Assembly (NCBI RefSeq): GCF_963921235.1
Contig: NC_086123.1
Location: 30,442,001 to 30,506,000, forward strand
Direction: 5' to 3'
Length of the DNA stretch: 64,000 bases
Source of the DNA: Mobula hypostoma
Taxonomy: Eukaryota
This document shows, piece after piece, positions 1-13,244 of this stretch (position 1 is its first letter; every line of letters starts with the position of its first letter). The notes beneath the pieces were generated by a model. It ran no database searches, had not been told where the DNA came from, and saw only the letters and a list, made by a program, of their open reading frames with translations. The position numbers and the translations under genes are program-made.

Positions 1-112
1 AGAGAAGTGAGCCATGGAATGAGAGATTGAGAGGGAGAGAGATAAAAATAGAGAGGGAAAATGGATAAAAAGAGAGAGGTTATTAAAAAGAAGTAAGCAA
101 TTTTTATAGTAG

Positions 113-1255
113 TTTTTTAAAAAAAACTTTATTTTCAAAAATTTCAAAAAAAAATGAGATCAACAAAAACATACTAGCTCAGACATGTATAAAAAAGAAA
201 TAAGCAAAAAAAAGACATAATGTTAGAGGGATGCCTATTGTACAAAGTGCTCAAAAATACAAACATTAAATCTCAAATGAGGGCCGTGAGAAATCAGCTG
301 GGGGGAAATTGCTCATCCGCCCCGGCCTCGTCCAGGTAGGCAAGAAATGGATCCCAGATAGCCGAAAATTTTTTAATTGAATTGATTCTCAAGAACCTAA
401 GTTTCTCCATCTGTATGACTGAAATCATATCAGCCATCCATCTCCGAAAGGAAGGGGGAGAAGGTGATTTCCATTCAGTCAAGATAAGTCTTTTGGCAAC
501 AATCATCCCCAGCATAAGAGACTGTTGTATGGCTGCAGGGAAACAAATAGTAGATTGCGAGCAGCCAAATATAGCAAGACCAGCTTCCAAGGGGAAGGTT
601 CTTTTATAGGCCTTTGAGTACCAGTCAAATATTTTGGTCCAAAATCCAAAAGGTATGTGGCAACGTGGCTTCCGTCCCTTGGCATCTATCACACATTGGC
701 GAGACTGGAGGGTAAATCCTCTGCAATCTAAGTTTAGAGTAATGGAGACGGTGGACAACTTTAAACTGGATCAGTTGGTGACTGCTGTCAACAGAGCAAG
801 CCTGTATCATAGACAAACATTTGTCCCAGGCAGCTTCAGATAATTCAATACACAACTCCTCTCTCCAGGTGTCTTTAATCTTCACAGTAGGCACTAGAGT
901 GCAATTGTCAAACAAACATACAAACTTAGAAACGAGATGCCTGGAGTCAAGAGGTTCTTTAGAATATCAAAAAACATATGTTTTCCTGGAAGGATTTCAA
1001 AATTACAAATCTTAGATTGAGTGTAGTGTCCAATTTGCAAATAACAAAAAAAATGCGAATGAGACAGCTCAAATTTCTCTTTCAACAGACTAAATGTTGC
1101 AAACCGTCCCTCTGTGTACAGGTCTTCAATAGAAACTAGACCCTTCTCCCTCCAAGCATGGCAGGTTTTATCTGACCATGAGGGTAGAAAGTAGTGATTG
1201 AACAGATTGGTGTATGTACAGAGGTCTCTGGTAAATTCAGAACACTCCTAATCTG
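113..1255 (-). mobile_element. L1/Tx1-type LINE, 3' fragment of ORF2 plus 3' UTR
   Basis: Minus-strand ORFs with LIQFKVVHRLHYSK...CDRC...HTFW (C-terminal zinc-finger region) and AKRLIL.EWKSPSPPS; T-rich tail near 113-135. Confidence 0.9.
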
Positions 1256-1424
1256 ATTATTATAGTAGTTAATCTGACCCTCACATTGAGCGTTTTTTTT
1301 TGCCAAAGTGGCCCCTGCTTGAAAAACTAGAGAAGAAATAGTGTTCTAGCTACAGTAGAGCCCACACAGTGGTTACCATGATACAAAAAACTCTGGTGTA
1401 GTATGAATTTAAAGTAAGATACCA

Positions 1425-2156
1425 ACTTCTGCAGTACATCATGTGTAAAGCACTCCCAACCACTGAGCACATGTACATGAAACGCTGTTGTAGGAAAGTA
1501 GCATCTGCCATCAGAGATCCTCACCACCCAGGCCATGTTCTTTTCCTGATGCTGCCATCATTTAGAAGGTACAAGAGCCTCAGGACTGGCACTAACAGGT
1601 TCGAGAATAGCTACTTTGGCATAACCATCAGGCTCTTGAACAAGAGGGGTAATTACACTCACTTGCCATCCATTGAGATGTTCCCACAACCAATGACCTC
1701 TCTTTAAGAACTCTTTATCTTATTATTTCATGTTCTTATTATTTATTGCTATTTATTAATAGTTAACAATGGATGGTGCAATCCTGGTCATATTACGTTC
1801 GAGGAACGTGTTTGTAGATCAGATATTGAACTTTTTGCTGTTGGACTCCGGCCATATTCCACCGAGATACAACACTGGGCGTCACGGGAGGTTGTTCCTG
1901 CCTGTGGCCATCGAACTTTGCAGCTCCTCCCATGGAGGGTCAGACACCCTGAGCTAATAGGCTGGTCCTGGACTTATTTTCCATCTGGCATAGTTTGCAC
2001 ATTGTTGTTTGATTGTTTGTGGTTTCTGTATCGCTATATTTATGCTCTATTCTCGGTTGGTGCGGCTGTAACGAAACCCAATTTCCCTCAGGATCAATAA
2101 AGTATATCTATTATTCTACTTATGCCTGCATTTGCAGTTTGTTGTCTTCTGCACTC
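1425..2156 (+). mobile_element. Rex1/Babar-clade LINE 3' fragment, interrupted by a second Rex1-type insertion
   Basis: KVASAIRDPHHPGHVLF.MLPS.RRYKSLRT.TNRF.NS...IRLLN C-terminal motif. Confidence 0.8.
1758..2118 (+). mobile_element. Copy-specific Rex1-type LINE 3' end insertion
   Basis: PRYNTGRHGRLFLPVAIEL motif and aatttccctcaggatcaataaagta tail; absent at the equivalent sites (~9850, ~17375) in the other copies. Confidence 0.75.
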
Positions 2157-3689
2157 ATCATTGGCCTTCAATAAGCATAACACAAATATCTTCCTTTGTG
2201 TGAGGTACGACTGAACAACTGTTATTGGTGTACAGAAGTGAATGCCTAGTACACTGGGAAAACTTGCAGAAAGCTGGGATATAATGTGATGCAGTATGAA
2301 GGGGTGAACTTCTAACAAAGCATCTACCCTTTCCAAAGTTGAACAGCTAGTCAATCTCCATCATAAATGATAAAAATATCAAGAGACTGACATACTGCCA
2401 TAATTCATCACAGATTCCAAACCAACAACCAGAATATGACTTTTTGACCTGAGTCAGCAGATTTCTTTTCTGGTGTTTGGAAATCCCTACCAGATGACGC
2501 AATGTTACCTTGCTCAAAATATTGATTTTAAAATTTTAAGATATTGTTAACTTTATTTTGGTTATTATATAATCTTTGGCATAAAAGAGCATTATGGAGA
2601 TTGTTAGTTACATGTGATTACTGTAAGGGACTGACAGCGTAATTGTGTCAAAGTTATTGGCACAAATATTATGTTGTGACAAAATATTTATGTAGGTGAT
2701 GGACATAATAGGTTTGTGAGATTCTTTCCTGCATGTTATCATTGTTTCCTTACGACAAAACATAAATAGTTCTTGCAATATGCCAGCAATTCTTTGATCT
2801 GCTGAAAATTAGCACTTAAAATCTTCACGTTAAAAGGGTCATGTTTATATTGGTCAAAGAGGAAATTCATTTATCATTGCTATTAACATCAACATCATCT
2901 TCAAAGTTAGCAGTTATACTATCTTTATTATTTTCATTATTTTGGACAGTATCAGCTGGAAGTATTGTAGTTCTCAACCTTTTCTTTCCAGTAACATTTA
3001 TATACAATATTTGCAAGTTAGGACAAGCAAATAGCTTCATAAAAACATGGACTATTTAAATCCCAAACTATCTATAAATAAATAATGTCTTTATATGCAG
3101 AGCAGTGAAATCAAATCCAATCCACTTAACATGAGCAGAAAGTTACTTTAATTTTTCATAGTCACTAAATCTTCAGCTTTTTGGGCTCGTTTTATTTTGA
3201 GGTTACCTGTTTAGACATTTTTGAAGCTGATTTGTGTAGAAAGCATACTGAGTTTGACCAGAGTCTTTCTGCTTTTTCAAACATTGAAATGCAAAATGGG
3301 GAAATGGCACAAAATTCACGTACAGACATTCTCGAGGTCACAACAGGGTTCTGTTCCTGAGAACTGTTTGTAAGTGAAAATGTTCTCCTAATCAGACGCA
3401 GTGAACATAAATCCTGTCTCTCAGAAACCTCTCCAACAAGCTCCCTACCACTTATAAAAAGGTTCACTGACCTGAGTTGTTGCCACGGTCTTTTTGAACA
3501 TGGAAACAACATAACCTATCCTACATCTTCTGGCAGTTCACCTGTACAAAAATCTCCATCCAATCTGGTCCAGAATATCAATGTATCCTCTTCCTTTAAC
3601 TCCCCAACCTTCACATCCCTCTCCATGATAAATATCAATGAGAAGTATTCATTCTGTACTTTGCTTACAACACCTGGCTGCACACATGC

Positions 3690-4628
3690 TCTTTGTGATT
3701 TTTATAAATGACTTGGATGAAGAAGTGGAAGGGTGCGTAAATTTGTAGATGACATAAAAGTTGGTGTTGTAGTGGTTAGTTTAGAAACTTGTTGCAAGTT
3801 ACAACGAGATATTGATAGGACACAGAGATGGGCTGAGAAGTGGCAGATGGGTTTCAATCCAGAAAAGTGGGAAGTGATACACTTTGAAGGGTTGAACTTG
3901 AAGGCAGAGTACGGGGTTAATGGCAGGATTCTTAGCAGTGTGGATGAACAGAGGGATCTTGGGGTCCATATCCATTGATTCCTCAAAGTTGCCACCAAGC
4001 TGATAGGGTGATTAAGAAGGTACATAGTCTTTATCAGAATCTGAATCTGAATGGGGCACGAAGTTGAACAGCTCTGAAGTAATGCTATATCTCCATTAAA
4101 TTCTGGTTAGAACCTGCTTCAATACTTCGAGTATTGTGCTCAATTCAGGTTGCTTCATGCAGAAACTTTAGAGAGGGTGCCCGGACTTGAGAGCATTATG
4201 AAAGATTGAGCGAGTTAGGTCTTTTCTTTAAGGAGTGAAGGAGGATGAGAAGTGATTTGACAGAGGTGTATATAATGATGAGAGAAATTGATAGAGTGGA
4301 CAGCCAGTTCCTTTTTTCCCAGTGTGGAAATGGCTGATACAAGAGGGCATAATCTTAAGATGATTAGAAGAAAGTGTGTGGGGGGGGGATGTTAGAGGCA
4401 GGTTGATTACAAAGAAAGTGATGGGTGTATGGTATGGGCTGCCAGGGGTGGCAAAAGAGGCAAATGCAATAGGGAAATTAAGGGACTCTTAAATAGCAAC
4501 ATAGATGAAAGAGAAATAGAAGGTTGTGTGGGAGGGAAATGCTGCATTGATCTTGGAGTAGGTTACAAGGTTGGCACAACATCATGGACTGCAGGGCCAG
4601 TATTCTGCTGTAAGGTTCTATGTTCTAA
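3690..4628 (+). mobile_element. CR1 LINE 3' fragment (copy A)
   Basis: KFVDDIKVG...LQRDIDR..RWAEKWQMGFNPEK.EVIHF...EQRDLGV; ends with a ttctatgttcta-type tail. Confidence 0.88.
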
Positions 4629-5210
4629 CATACCACCACTCAACCACTACCCTTTGTTTTCGGTGGACCAGCCAAACTTGAATCCAATCCACCAAGTCAC
4701 TGTGGATCCCAAGTTTATCTTTTTGAGATATCTACCATGAAGGATTTTATCAAATGCTTTAATAAATATTTTGTAAATGCTTCCTTCAGCACAGCAACAT
4801 ATAGAACTAACAATGGGATGACACCCTTCCAGGTTTGCCATAAGCACACACACACCACACTAAACCCTTTGCGATACTTTGGCAACAACCATTATTGAAG
4901 CAGCACATTGTTGTAGGTAAAAAATTGCTCCTTATACAGTGTATACTTCTCTTTAAGGCTGGCTCTCGAGGTCTTAACAGTGAGACCGAGTGCTGGCAGC
5001 TGCAAGACCTTGCAATATTTTCACATCAGTGCACAGTGAAACTGGCACAGTCCTAAATTGACAGGGATATTTGACAGTTCTCGTCTTGAAATTACAATGT
5101 TTAAAGGACTAAAGGTGGACCTGAGATAGCAAAAATGAAAGCAACAAATTAGAGTCTTAAACCTAGATAAATAAATAATATCTATTCAAATCAATAGTAA
5201 ATCTTTCCAC

Positions 5211-5370
5211 GTGCTTCTTAAGTGAGTAAACAATTGTATAATCAGTCTCTTGACATAACTTTTCTTAAACAATAATAAACCTCCACCTGCATCAATTGGC
5301 TGTAGTTTTAAACTTTCTTCCATTGTTTTGTTCTCAGGTAGCACATCAACTTCTCCATGGCTTTCTCTGC
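5211..5370 (-). pseudogene. Putative exon RESHGEVDVLPENK...FTHLRST (duplicated at ~12845-13003)
   Basis: tatatttcag acceptor and an open frame, followed by a 90-bp GT...AG segment (5121-5210) and a further in-frame segment STFSPLNIVISR. The donor (GTGGAA) is weak. Confidence 0.45.
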
Positions 5371-5609
5371 CTGAAATATAAACAGCAAAAATAGAACAAT
5401 AACACAAGTTAACATCTACTACCTTGTAATTATCTAAACCTGTTCTCTAAAAACATATCTACATTATGACTAAGAAACTCATCCTACAGTATTTAAAGAT
5501 GGCTATCTGAAGATTCTCCATACTTCTCAGACTGGCTCCAAAATTTAAATCGTGTTAAGTACAGCTTCAATGTATTTGCTTAATGGACACTACCTGGAGG
5601 TGAGAATCA

Positions 5610-6610
5610 TTTGCTCTAACAAAACATCACCTCCATAATCTCCAACAGCACAGCAGCACTGCAGGGATGTATACTTAGCCCCCCACCCTAGTCGCTTTAC
5701 ACCGATGACTGAGTGGCTAAGTACAGCTCCAACAATATACACAAGTTTGCTGATATCACCACTGTTATGGGCTGTATCAAAGGTGGTGATGAATCATCAT
5801 ACAGGAGCAAGATTGGAAATTTGGCTGATTGGTGTAATAACAACAACCTCTCACTCGATGTCAATAAAACCAAGGAACTGATAATAGTCTTCAGGAGAGG
5901 CGAACCAGAGGTCTATGAGCCAGTAATCATTGGAGGATCAGAGATGGAGAGGATCAGTAGCTTTAAATTCCTGGCTGTCACTATCTCAGAGGATCTGTCA
6001 TGGACCCATCATTTAAATATAATTGTGAAGAAGACACTTCAGCACCTCGACTTCCTCAGGAGTCTGCAAAGGTTCAGTATGTCATCAAAAACCTTGGCAA
6101 ACTGGTTGCATTATGGGAACACCAATGCCTTTGAGAGGAAAATCCTGCAAAAGGTAGTGGATTTGGCCCAGTACATAATGGGTAAAACCCTCCCAACCAC
6201 TGAACACATCGGCATGAAACATTGTCATAGAAAAGCAGCATCCATCATCAAAGATCCTCACCACACAAGCCATGCTTTTTTCTCACTGCTGCCATCAGTA
6301 GAAAGTACAGGTGCCTCAGAGCATGCACCACCAGGTCCAAGAACAGTTTCTATTGCTCAACTAAAGGGGATAGCTACACTCCTTTAAGGACTAGGTTATA
6401 TTGTTATTTCATGCCTGTTATTTTTTGCTACTTACTTATTATCTGCATTTGCACAGTTTGTTTACAGTTCCTGATGTATACAGTTTACAGATACTGGTTA
6501 CAGTTATTGTTGTATAGATTTATTAAGTATGCCCACAGGAAATGAATCTCAGGGTTGTATAATGGTAACATGTAGGTACTATGATAATACATTTTACTTT
6601 GAACTTTGTA
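5610..6610 (+). mobile_element. Rex1/Babar-clade LINE RT and C-terminal fragment (copy A)
   Basis: ORF 5713-6387: KFADITTVMG...WC.NNNLSL.VNKTKELI..FR...FKFL.VTISEDLSW...KAASIIKDPHH. Confidence 0.88.
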
Positions 6611-7299
6611 CTTTGAAAAGGTTTTAATTTGACTTAAACAGATTTGTTTCATTCCTATGCAAATTCAGTAGGTGGTGGCTATCATACTGCCCAAGACTGC
6701 AACTTTTTAATCAGATTCACCAAAATGTTATTTAGAATTGAATTCAGTGCCAAAATATTTTAATTTCATTTCAACTGTTGAAGGTATTTTCTCTGGTTCC
6801 TCAAGGGCCAGTGTTCCTCATTGCAAGGTCTACAAATCAGTGGTGGCTCCTTAAATCCCGTGTATAATTACTGTGGGACCAAACCATGGCGGCTACTTGC
6901 CCAGGATGCACATGGAATGTGGTCAGGAATGGGACTATATGTATGGATGGAACACTAAGAGAAGACAGGCAAGTTGTAAATGGAGAAATTTTGGAAACAA
7001 AGACCAAATGCATGGCTAAGAAGATGGGCAGCATGCCCAGAAAGGAAGGAGTTCTGCAGGACGATAAGAGGAAGTTAAAAAGTGATGGTGGGGGGGAGAG
7101 AAGCACCGGAGGGTGGAGTAACACCTAAACTACACATATAAACGGTACTCACAGGAAGATTTTTTTTTACACAACACCAGCCATTATAATTTTTCTACCT
7201 TGACCTGTAAGGAATCCACATTTTATCCTTTTCATACATCTACAATAAATGATTTTACGATTTTTTTTCATTTCTCAAGGCATGCTGCCATATTTTAGT

Positions 7300-8170
7300 T
7301 TTTACTTGGAGAGAGAGTGAGGGAATAAATGTGAGTGTGAGAGTGAGAGAAAGAGAGAGAGTATATACAAACACAAGGAGAAAGATAGATACAATCAGAC
7401 AAAATTTCTGAGAGTCTCTCTCTCTCACACATATACACAAAGAGCAAAAGATAGAAAAAGTGAAAGTAAGACAAAGAATACAGTAGATTGTAGTAGCAAA
7501 AGATATAATGCAACAAGGGAAGGTGATAAAGAGACCTGAAACATAAATCTGTGCATCAGGGAGAAGGATGGACTCATGGAAAGTAAAAGGGAGCAAGAAA
7601 ATCAGAGACAGAAAGAAAGAAAACAAGACAGAGAAAGTGAAAATGAAAGAGAAAGGAAAAGAAAAGCAACTCTAAGAAAATGACAAAGAGAAAAGAGGTC
7701 AAGACTGAGCAATATACAGTAGCAGGAGAACTAAAATGAGAGATAGAGAGGTAGACTGATGTTGAGAAGAGGGAAAGAAGCATTGAATATACCTGGATGA
7801 GAAAAACAGATAAAGTGAGAGAACCATGGAGGAAGGGAAGAAAATAGATTCAGAAGAATAGCAAGAAAATGCAGGAAAAGGATGAAAACATGATACCAAA
7901 CGATTAGCTCAGGGAGAAAAGTTCTGGGAAATAAAATCAATGTGACTGGACAAGATTTAGAGACAAGGAAAAAGGGCAAGGATGGAAACCGGAATAAAGA
8001 AAGAGCGAGGTTAAGAAATGATGAAGGAAGGGAAATGCCACTGAGAGAGGGAGAGAGTAATATATACTGAGAGAAGTGAGCCATGGAATGAGTGATTGAG
8101 AGAGAGAGAGATAAAAAGAGATAGAGAGAGAAAATGGATAAAAAGAGAGAGGCTATTAAAAAGTAAGCAA
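7300..8170. repeat. Purine-rich (GA/GAA) low-complexity tract (also ~14935-15710 and 1-95)
   Basis: Strong A/G strand asymmetry; the F/L/S-rich minus-strand ORFs are a by-product. Confidence 0.85.
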
Positions 8171-8184
8171 TTTTTATTAGAGTA

Positions 8185-9355
8185 GTTTTTTAAAAAATGC
8201 TTTATTTTCAAAAATTTTTTAAAAAATGAGATCAGCAAAAACATACCGGCTCAGATATGTATAAAAAAGAAATAAGCAAAAAAAAGACATAACATTAGAG
8301 GGATGCCTATTGTACAAAGTGCTCAAAAATACTAAACATTAAATCTCAAATGAGGGCCGTGAGAAATCAGCTGGAGGGAAATTGCTCATCCGACCCCGGC
8401 CTCATCCAGTTAGGCAAGAAATGGATCCCAGATAGCCGAAAAATTTTTAATCGAATTGGTTCTCAAGAACCTAAGTTTCTCCATTTGTATGACTGAGATC
8501 ACAGCAGCCATCCATCTCCAAAAGGAAGGGGGAGAGGTGATTTCCATTCCATCAAGATAAGTCTTTTGGCAACAATCATCCCCAGCATAAGAGACTGTTG
8601 TATGGCTGCAGGGAAACAAATAGTAGATTGCGAGCAGCCAAATATAGCGAGACCAGCTTCCAAGGGGAAGGATCTTTTATAGGCCTTTGAGTACCAGTCG
8701 AATATTTTGGTCCAAAATCCAGTCAGTAATGGGCAAAACCAAAAGGTGTGTGACAACGTGGCTTCCATCCCTTGGCATCTATCACACATTGGTGAGACTG
8801 GAGGGTAAATCCTGTGCAATCTAGGTTTGGAGTAATGGAGACGGTGGACGACTTTAAACTGGATCAGTTGGTGACTGCTGTTAACAGAGCAAGCCTGTAT
8901 CATAGACAAACACTTATCCCAGGCAGCTTCAGATAATTCAATGCCCAACTCCTCTCTCCAGATGTCTTTAATCTTCACAGTAGACGCTACAGTACAATTG
9001 TCAAACAAACGTACAAACTTAGAAACGAGATGCCTGGAGTCAAGAGGGTTCTTTAGAATATCAAAAAAAGCATATGCTTCCCTGGAAGGATTTCAAAATT
9101 ACAAATCTTAGATTGAATGTAGTGTCTAATTTGCAAATAACAAAAAAAGTATGAATGAGGCAGCTTAAATTTCTCTTTCAACAGACTAAATGTTGCAAAT
9201 CGTCCCTCTATGTACAGGTCTTCAATAGAAACTAGACCCTTCTCCCTCCAAGCATGGCAGGTTTTATCTGACCATGAGGGTAAAAAGGAGTGGCTGAAAG
9301 AGATTGGTGTATGTACAGAGGTCTCTAGTAAATTCAGAATGCTCCTAATCTGATT
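8185..9355 (-). mobile_element. L1/Tx1-type LINE 3' fragment (copy A)
   Basis: ORF 8499-9008: LIQFKVVHRLHYSK...CDRC...HTFWFCP; paralog of 113-1255. Confidence 0.9.
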
Positions 9356-9519
9356 ATTATAGTAGTTAATCTGACTCTCACATTGAGCATTTTATTTGCC
9401 AAAGTGGCCCCTGCTTGAAAAACTAGAGAAGAAATAGTGTTCTAGCTACAGTGGAGCCCACACAGTGGTTACCATGATACAAAAAACTCTGGTGCAGTAT
9501 GAATTTAATGTAAGATACC

Positions 9520-9890
9520 AACTTCTACAGTACATCATGGGTAAAGCACTCCCAACCACTGAGCACATGTACATTAAACGCTGTTGTAGGAAAGTAGCAT
9601 CTGTCATCAGAGATCCTCACCACCCAGGCCATGTTCTTTTCCTGATGCTGCCATCATTTAGAAGGTACAAGAGCCTCAGAACTGGCACTAACAGGTTCAA
9701 GAATAGCTTCTATCTCATAACCATCAGACTCTTAAACAAAAGGGGATAATTACACTCACTTGCCATCCATTGAGATGTTCCCACAACCAATGACCTCACT
9801 TTAAGAACTCTTTATCTTATTATTTTATGTTCTTATTATTTAATGCTATTTATTTATGCCTGCATTTGCAGTTTGTTGTCTTCTGCACTC
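9520..9890 (+). mobile_element. Rex1-clade LINE 3' fragment truncated at the duplication junction
   Basis: RDPHHPGH...RRYKSLRT motif; cut at tgcactc|atcattgg. Confidence 0.8.
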
Positions 9891-11419
9891 ATCATTGGCC
9901 TTCAATAAGCATAACACAAATATCTTCCTTTGTGTGAGGTACGACTGAACAACTGTTATTGGTGTACAGAAGTGAATGCCTAGTCCACTGGGAAGACTTG
10001 CAGAAAGCTGGGATATAGTGTGATGCAGTATGAAGGGGTGAACTTCTAACAAAGCATCTATCCTTTCCAAAGTTGAATAGCTAGTCAATCTCCATCATAA
10101 ATGATAAAAATATCAAGAGACTGACATACAGCCATAATTCATCACAAATTCCAAACCAACTACTCGAATATGACTTTTTGACCTGAGTCAGCAGATTTCT
10201 TTTCTGGTGTTTGGAAATCCCCACCAGATGATGCAATGTTACCTTGCTCAACATACTGATTTTAAAATTTTAAGATATTGCTTTCTTTATTTTGGCCATT
10301 ATATAATCTTTGGCATAAAAGTGCATTATGGAGATTGTTAATTACATGTGATTAATGTAAGGGACTGACAGCGTAATTGTGTCAAAGTTATTGGCACAAA
10401 TATTATGTTGTGACAAAATATTTATGTAGGTGGTGGACATAATAGGTTTGTGAGATTCTTTCCTGCATGTTATCATTGTTTTCTTACCACAAAACATAAA
10501 CAGTTCTTGCAATATGCCAGCAATTCTTTGATCTGCTGAAAATTAGCACTTAAAATCTTCACGTTAAAAGAGTCATGTTTATATTGGTCAAAGAGGAAAT
10601 TCATTTATCATTGCTATTAACATCAACATCATCTTCAAAGTTAGCAGTTATACTATCTTTATTATTTTCATTATTTTGGACAGTATCAGCTGGAAGTATT
10701 GTAGATCTCAACCTTTTCTTTCCAGTAACATTTATATACATTAATGGCAAGTTAGGACGAGCAAATAGCTTCATAAAAACATGTACTATTTAAATCCCAA
10801 ACTGTCTATAAATAAATAATGTCTTTATATGCAGAGCAGTGAAATCAAATCCAATCCACTTAACATAAGCAGAAAGTTACTTTAATTTTTCATAGTCACT
10901 TTCTTCAGCTTTTTGGGCTTGTTTTATTTTGAGGTTACCTGTTTAGACATTTTTGTAGCTGATTTGTGTAGAAAGTATACCCAGTTTGACCAGAGTCTTT
11001 CTGCTTTTTCAAATGTTGAATTGCAAAATGGGGAAATGGCACAAAATTGAAGTACAGACATTCCCGAGCTCACAACAGGGTTCTGTTCCTGAGAACTGTT
11101 TGTAAGTGAAAATGATCTCCTAATCAGATGCAGTGAACATAAACCCTGTCTCTCAGAAACCTCTCCAACAAGCTCCCTACCACTTATTAAAAGGTTCACT
11201 GACCTGAGTTGTTGCCACGGTCTTTCCGAACATGGAAACAACATAAACTATCCTACATCTTCTGGCAGTTCACCTGTACAAAAATCTCCATCCGATCTGG
11301 CCCAGAATATCAATGTATCCTCTTCCTTTAACTCCCCAACCTTCACATCCCTCTCCATGATAAATATCAATGAGAAGTATTCATTCTGTACTTTGCTTAC
11401 AACACCTGGCTGCACACAT

Positions 11420-12357
11420 GCTCTTTGTGATTTTTATAAATGACTTGTATGAAAAAGTGGAAGGGTGCGTAAGTTTGTAGATGACATAAAAGTTGGTGTT
11501 GTAGTGGTTAGTTTAGAAACTTGTTGCAAGTTACATCGGGATATTGATAGGACACAGAGCTGGGTTGAGAAGTGGCAGATGGGTTTCAATCCAGAAAAGT
11601 GGGAAGTGATACACTTTGAAGGGTTGAACTTGAAGGCAGAGTACGGGGTTAATGGCAGGATTCTTAGCAGTGTGGATGAACAGAGGGATCTTGGGGTCCA
11701 TATCCATTGATTCCTCAAAGTTGCCACCAAGTTGATAGGGTGATTAAGAAGGTACATAGTCTTTATCAGAATCTGAATCTGAATGGGGCACGAAGTTGAA
11801 CAGCTATGAGGTAATGCTATATCTCTATTAAATTCTGGTTAGAACCTGCTTCAATACTTCGAGTATTGTGCTCAATTCAGGTTGCTTCATGCAGAAACTT
11901 TAGAGAGGGTGCCCGGACTTGAGAGCATTATGAAAGATTGAGCGAGTTAGGTCTTTTCTTTAAGGAGTGAAGGAGGATGAGAAGTGATTTGACAGAGGTG
12001 TATAAAATGATGAGAGAAATTGATAGAGTGGACAGCCAGTTCCTTTTTTCCCAGTGTGGAAATGGCTGATACAAGAGGGCATAATCTTAAAATGATTAGA
12101 AGAAAGTGTGTTGGGGGGGGATGTTAGAGGCAGGTTGATTACAAAGAAAGTGATGGGTGTATGGTACGGGCTGCCAGGGGTGGCAAAAGAAGCAAGTGCA
12201 ATAGGAACAATTAAGGGACTCTTAGGCACATAGATGAAAGAAAAATAGAAGGTTGTGTGGGAGGGAAATGCTGCATTGATCTTGGAGTAGGTTACAAGGT
12301 TGGCACAACATCATGGACTGCAGGGCCAGTATTCTGCTGTAAGGTTCCATGTTCTAA
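11420..12357 (+). mobile_element. CR1 LINE 3' fragment (copy B)
   Basis: Paralog of 3690-4628; ORF 11465-11710. Confidence 0.88.
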
Positions 12358-13244
12358 AATACCACCACTCCACCACTACCCTTTCTTTTCTGTAGACCAG
12401 CCAAACTTGAATCCAATCCACCAAGTCACTGTGGATCCCAAGTGTATCTTTTTGATACATCTACCATGAAGGATTTTGTCAAATGCTTTACTAAATATTT
12501 TGTAAATGCTTCCTTCAGCACAGCAACATATAGAACTAACAATGGGATGACACCCTTCCAGGTTTGCCATAAGCACACACACACCACACTAAATCCTTTG
12601 CAATACTTTGGCAACAACTATTATTGAAGCAGCACATTGTTGTAGGTAAAAAATTGCTCCTTATACAGTGTATAGTTCTCTTTAAGGCTGGCTCTCGAGG
12701 TCTTAACAGTGAGGCCGAGTGCTGGCAGCTGCAAGATCTTGCAATATTTTCACATCAGTGCACAGTGAAACTGGCACAGTCCGAAATTGACAGGGATATT
12801 TGACAATTCACATCTTGAAATTACTATGTTTAAAGGACTAAAGGTGTTTCTTAAGCGAGTAAACAATTGTATAATCAGTCTCTTGACATAACTTTTCTTA
12901 AACAATAATAAGCCTCTACCTTCATCAATTGGCTGTAATTTTAAACTTTCTTCCTTTGTTTTGTTCTCAGGTAGCACATCAACTTCTCCATGGCTTTCTC
13001 TGCCTGAAACATAAACAGCAAAAATAGAACAATGACACAAGTTAACATCTACTACCTTGTAATTATCTAAACCTGTTCTCTAAAAACATATCTACATTAT
13101 GACTAAGAAACTCATCCTACAGTATGTAAAGATGGCTATCTGAAGATTCTCCATACTTCTCAGACTGGCTCCAAAATTTAAATCGTGTTAAGTACAGCTT
13201 CATTGTATTTGCTTAATGGACACTACCTGGAGGTGAGAATCATT

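Larger units (their letters stand above)
1..2156. repeat. Tandem segmental duplication, partial copy (3' end of a unit that continues left of the window)
   Basis: 1-2156 aligns with ~8070-9890 and ~15620-17412 (GA-rich tail, L1 fragment, Rex1 fragment) and ends at the same ...tcttctgcactc junction. Confidence 0.93.
2157..9890. repeat. Tandem segmental duplication, full copy A (7734 bp)
   Basis: Begins atcattggcc at 2157; the same start recurs at 9891. Colinear with 9891-17412 throughout, and the ORF track shows paired ORFs (2841/10575, 3192/10924, 3733/11465, 5713/13346). Confidence 0.95.

Noticed and set aside
6837-7128. Overlapping plus and minus ORFs as an independent small gene
   Set aside because: Frames differ between copies A and B. 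It may be another decayed minus-strand exon, but the frame cannot be assigned.
7255-8244. F/L/S-rich minus-strand ORFs as membrane proteins
   Set aside because: They are translations of the pyrimidine strand of a GA-rich tract and are not conserved in frame between copies.
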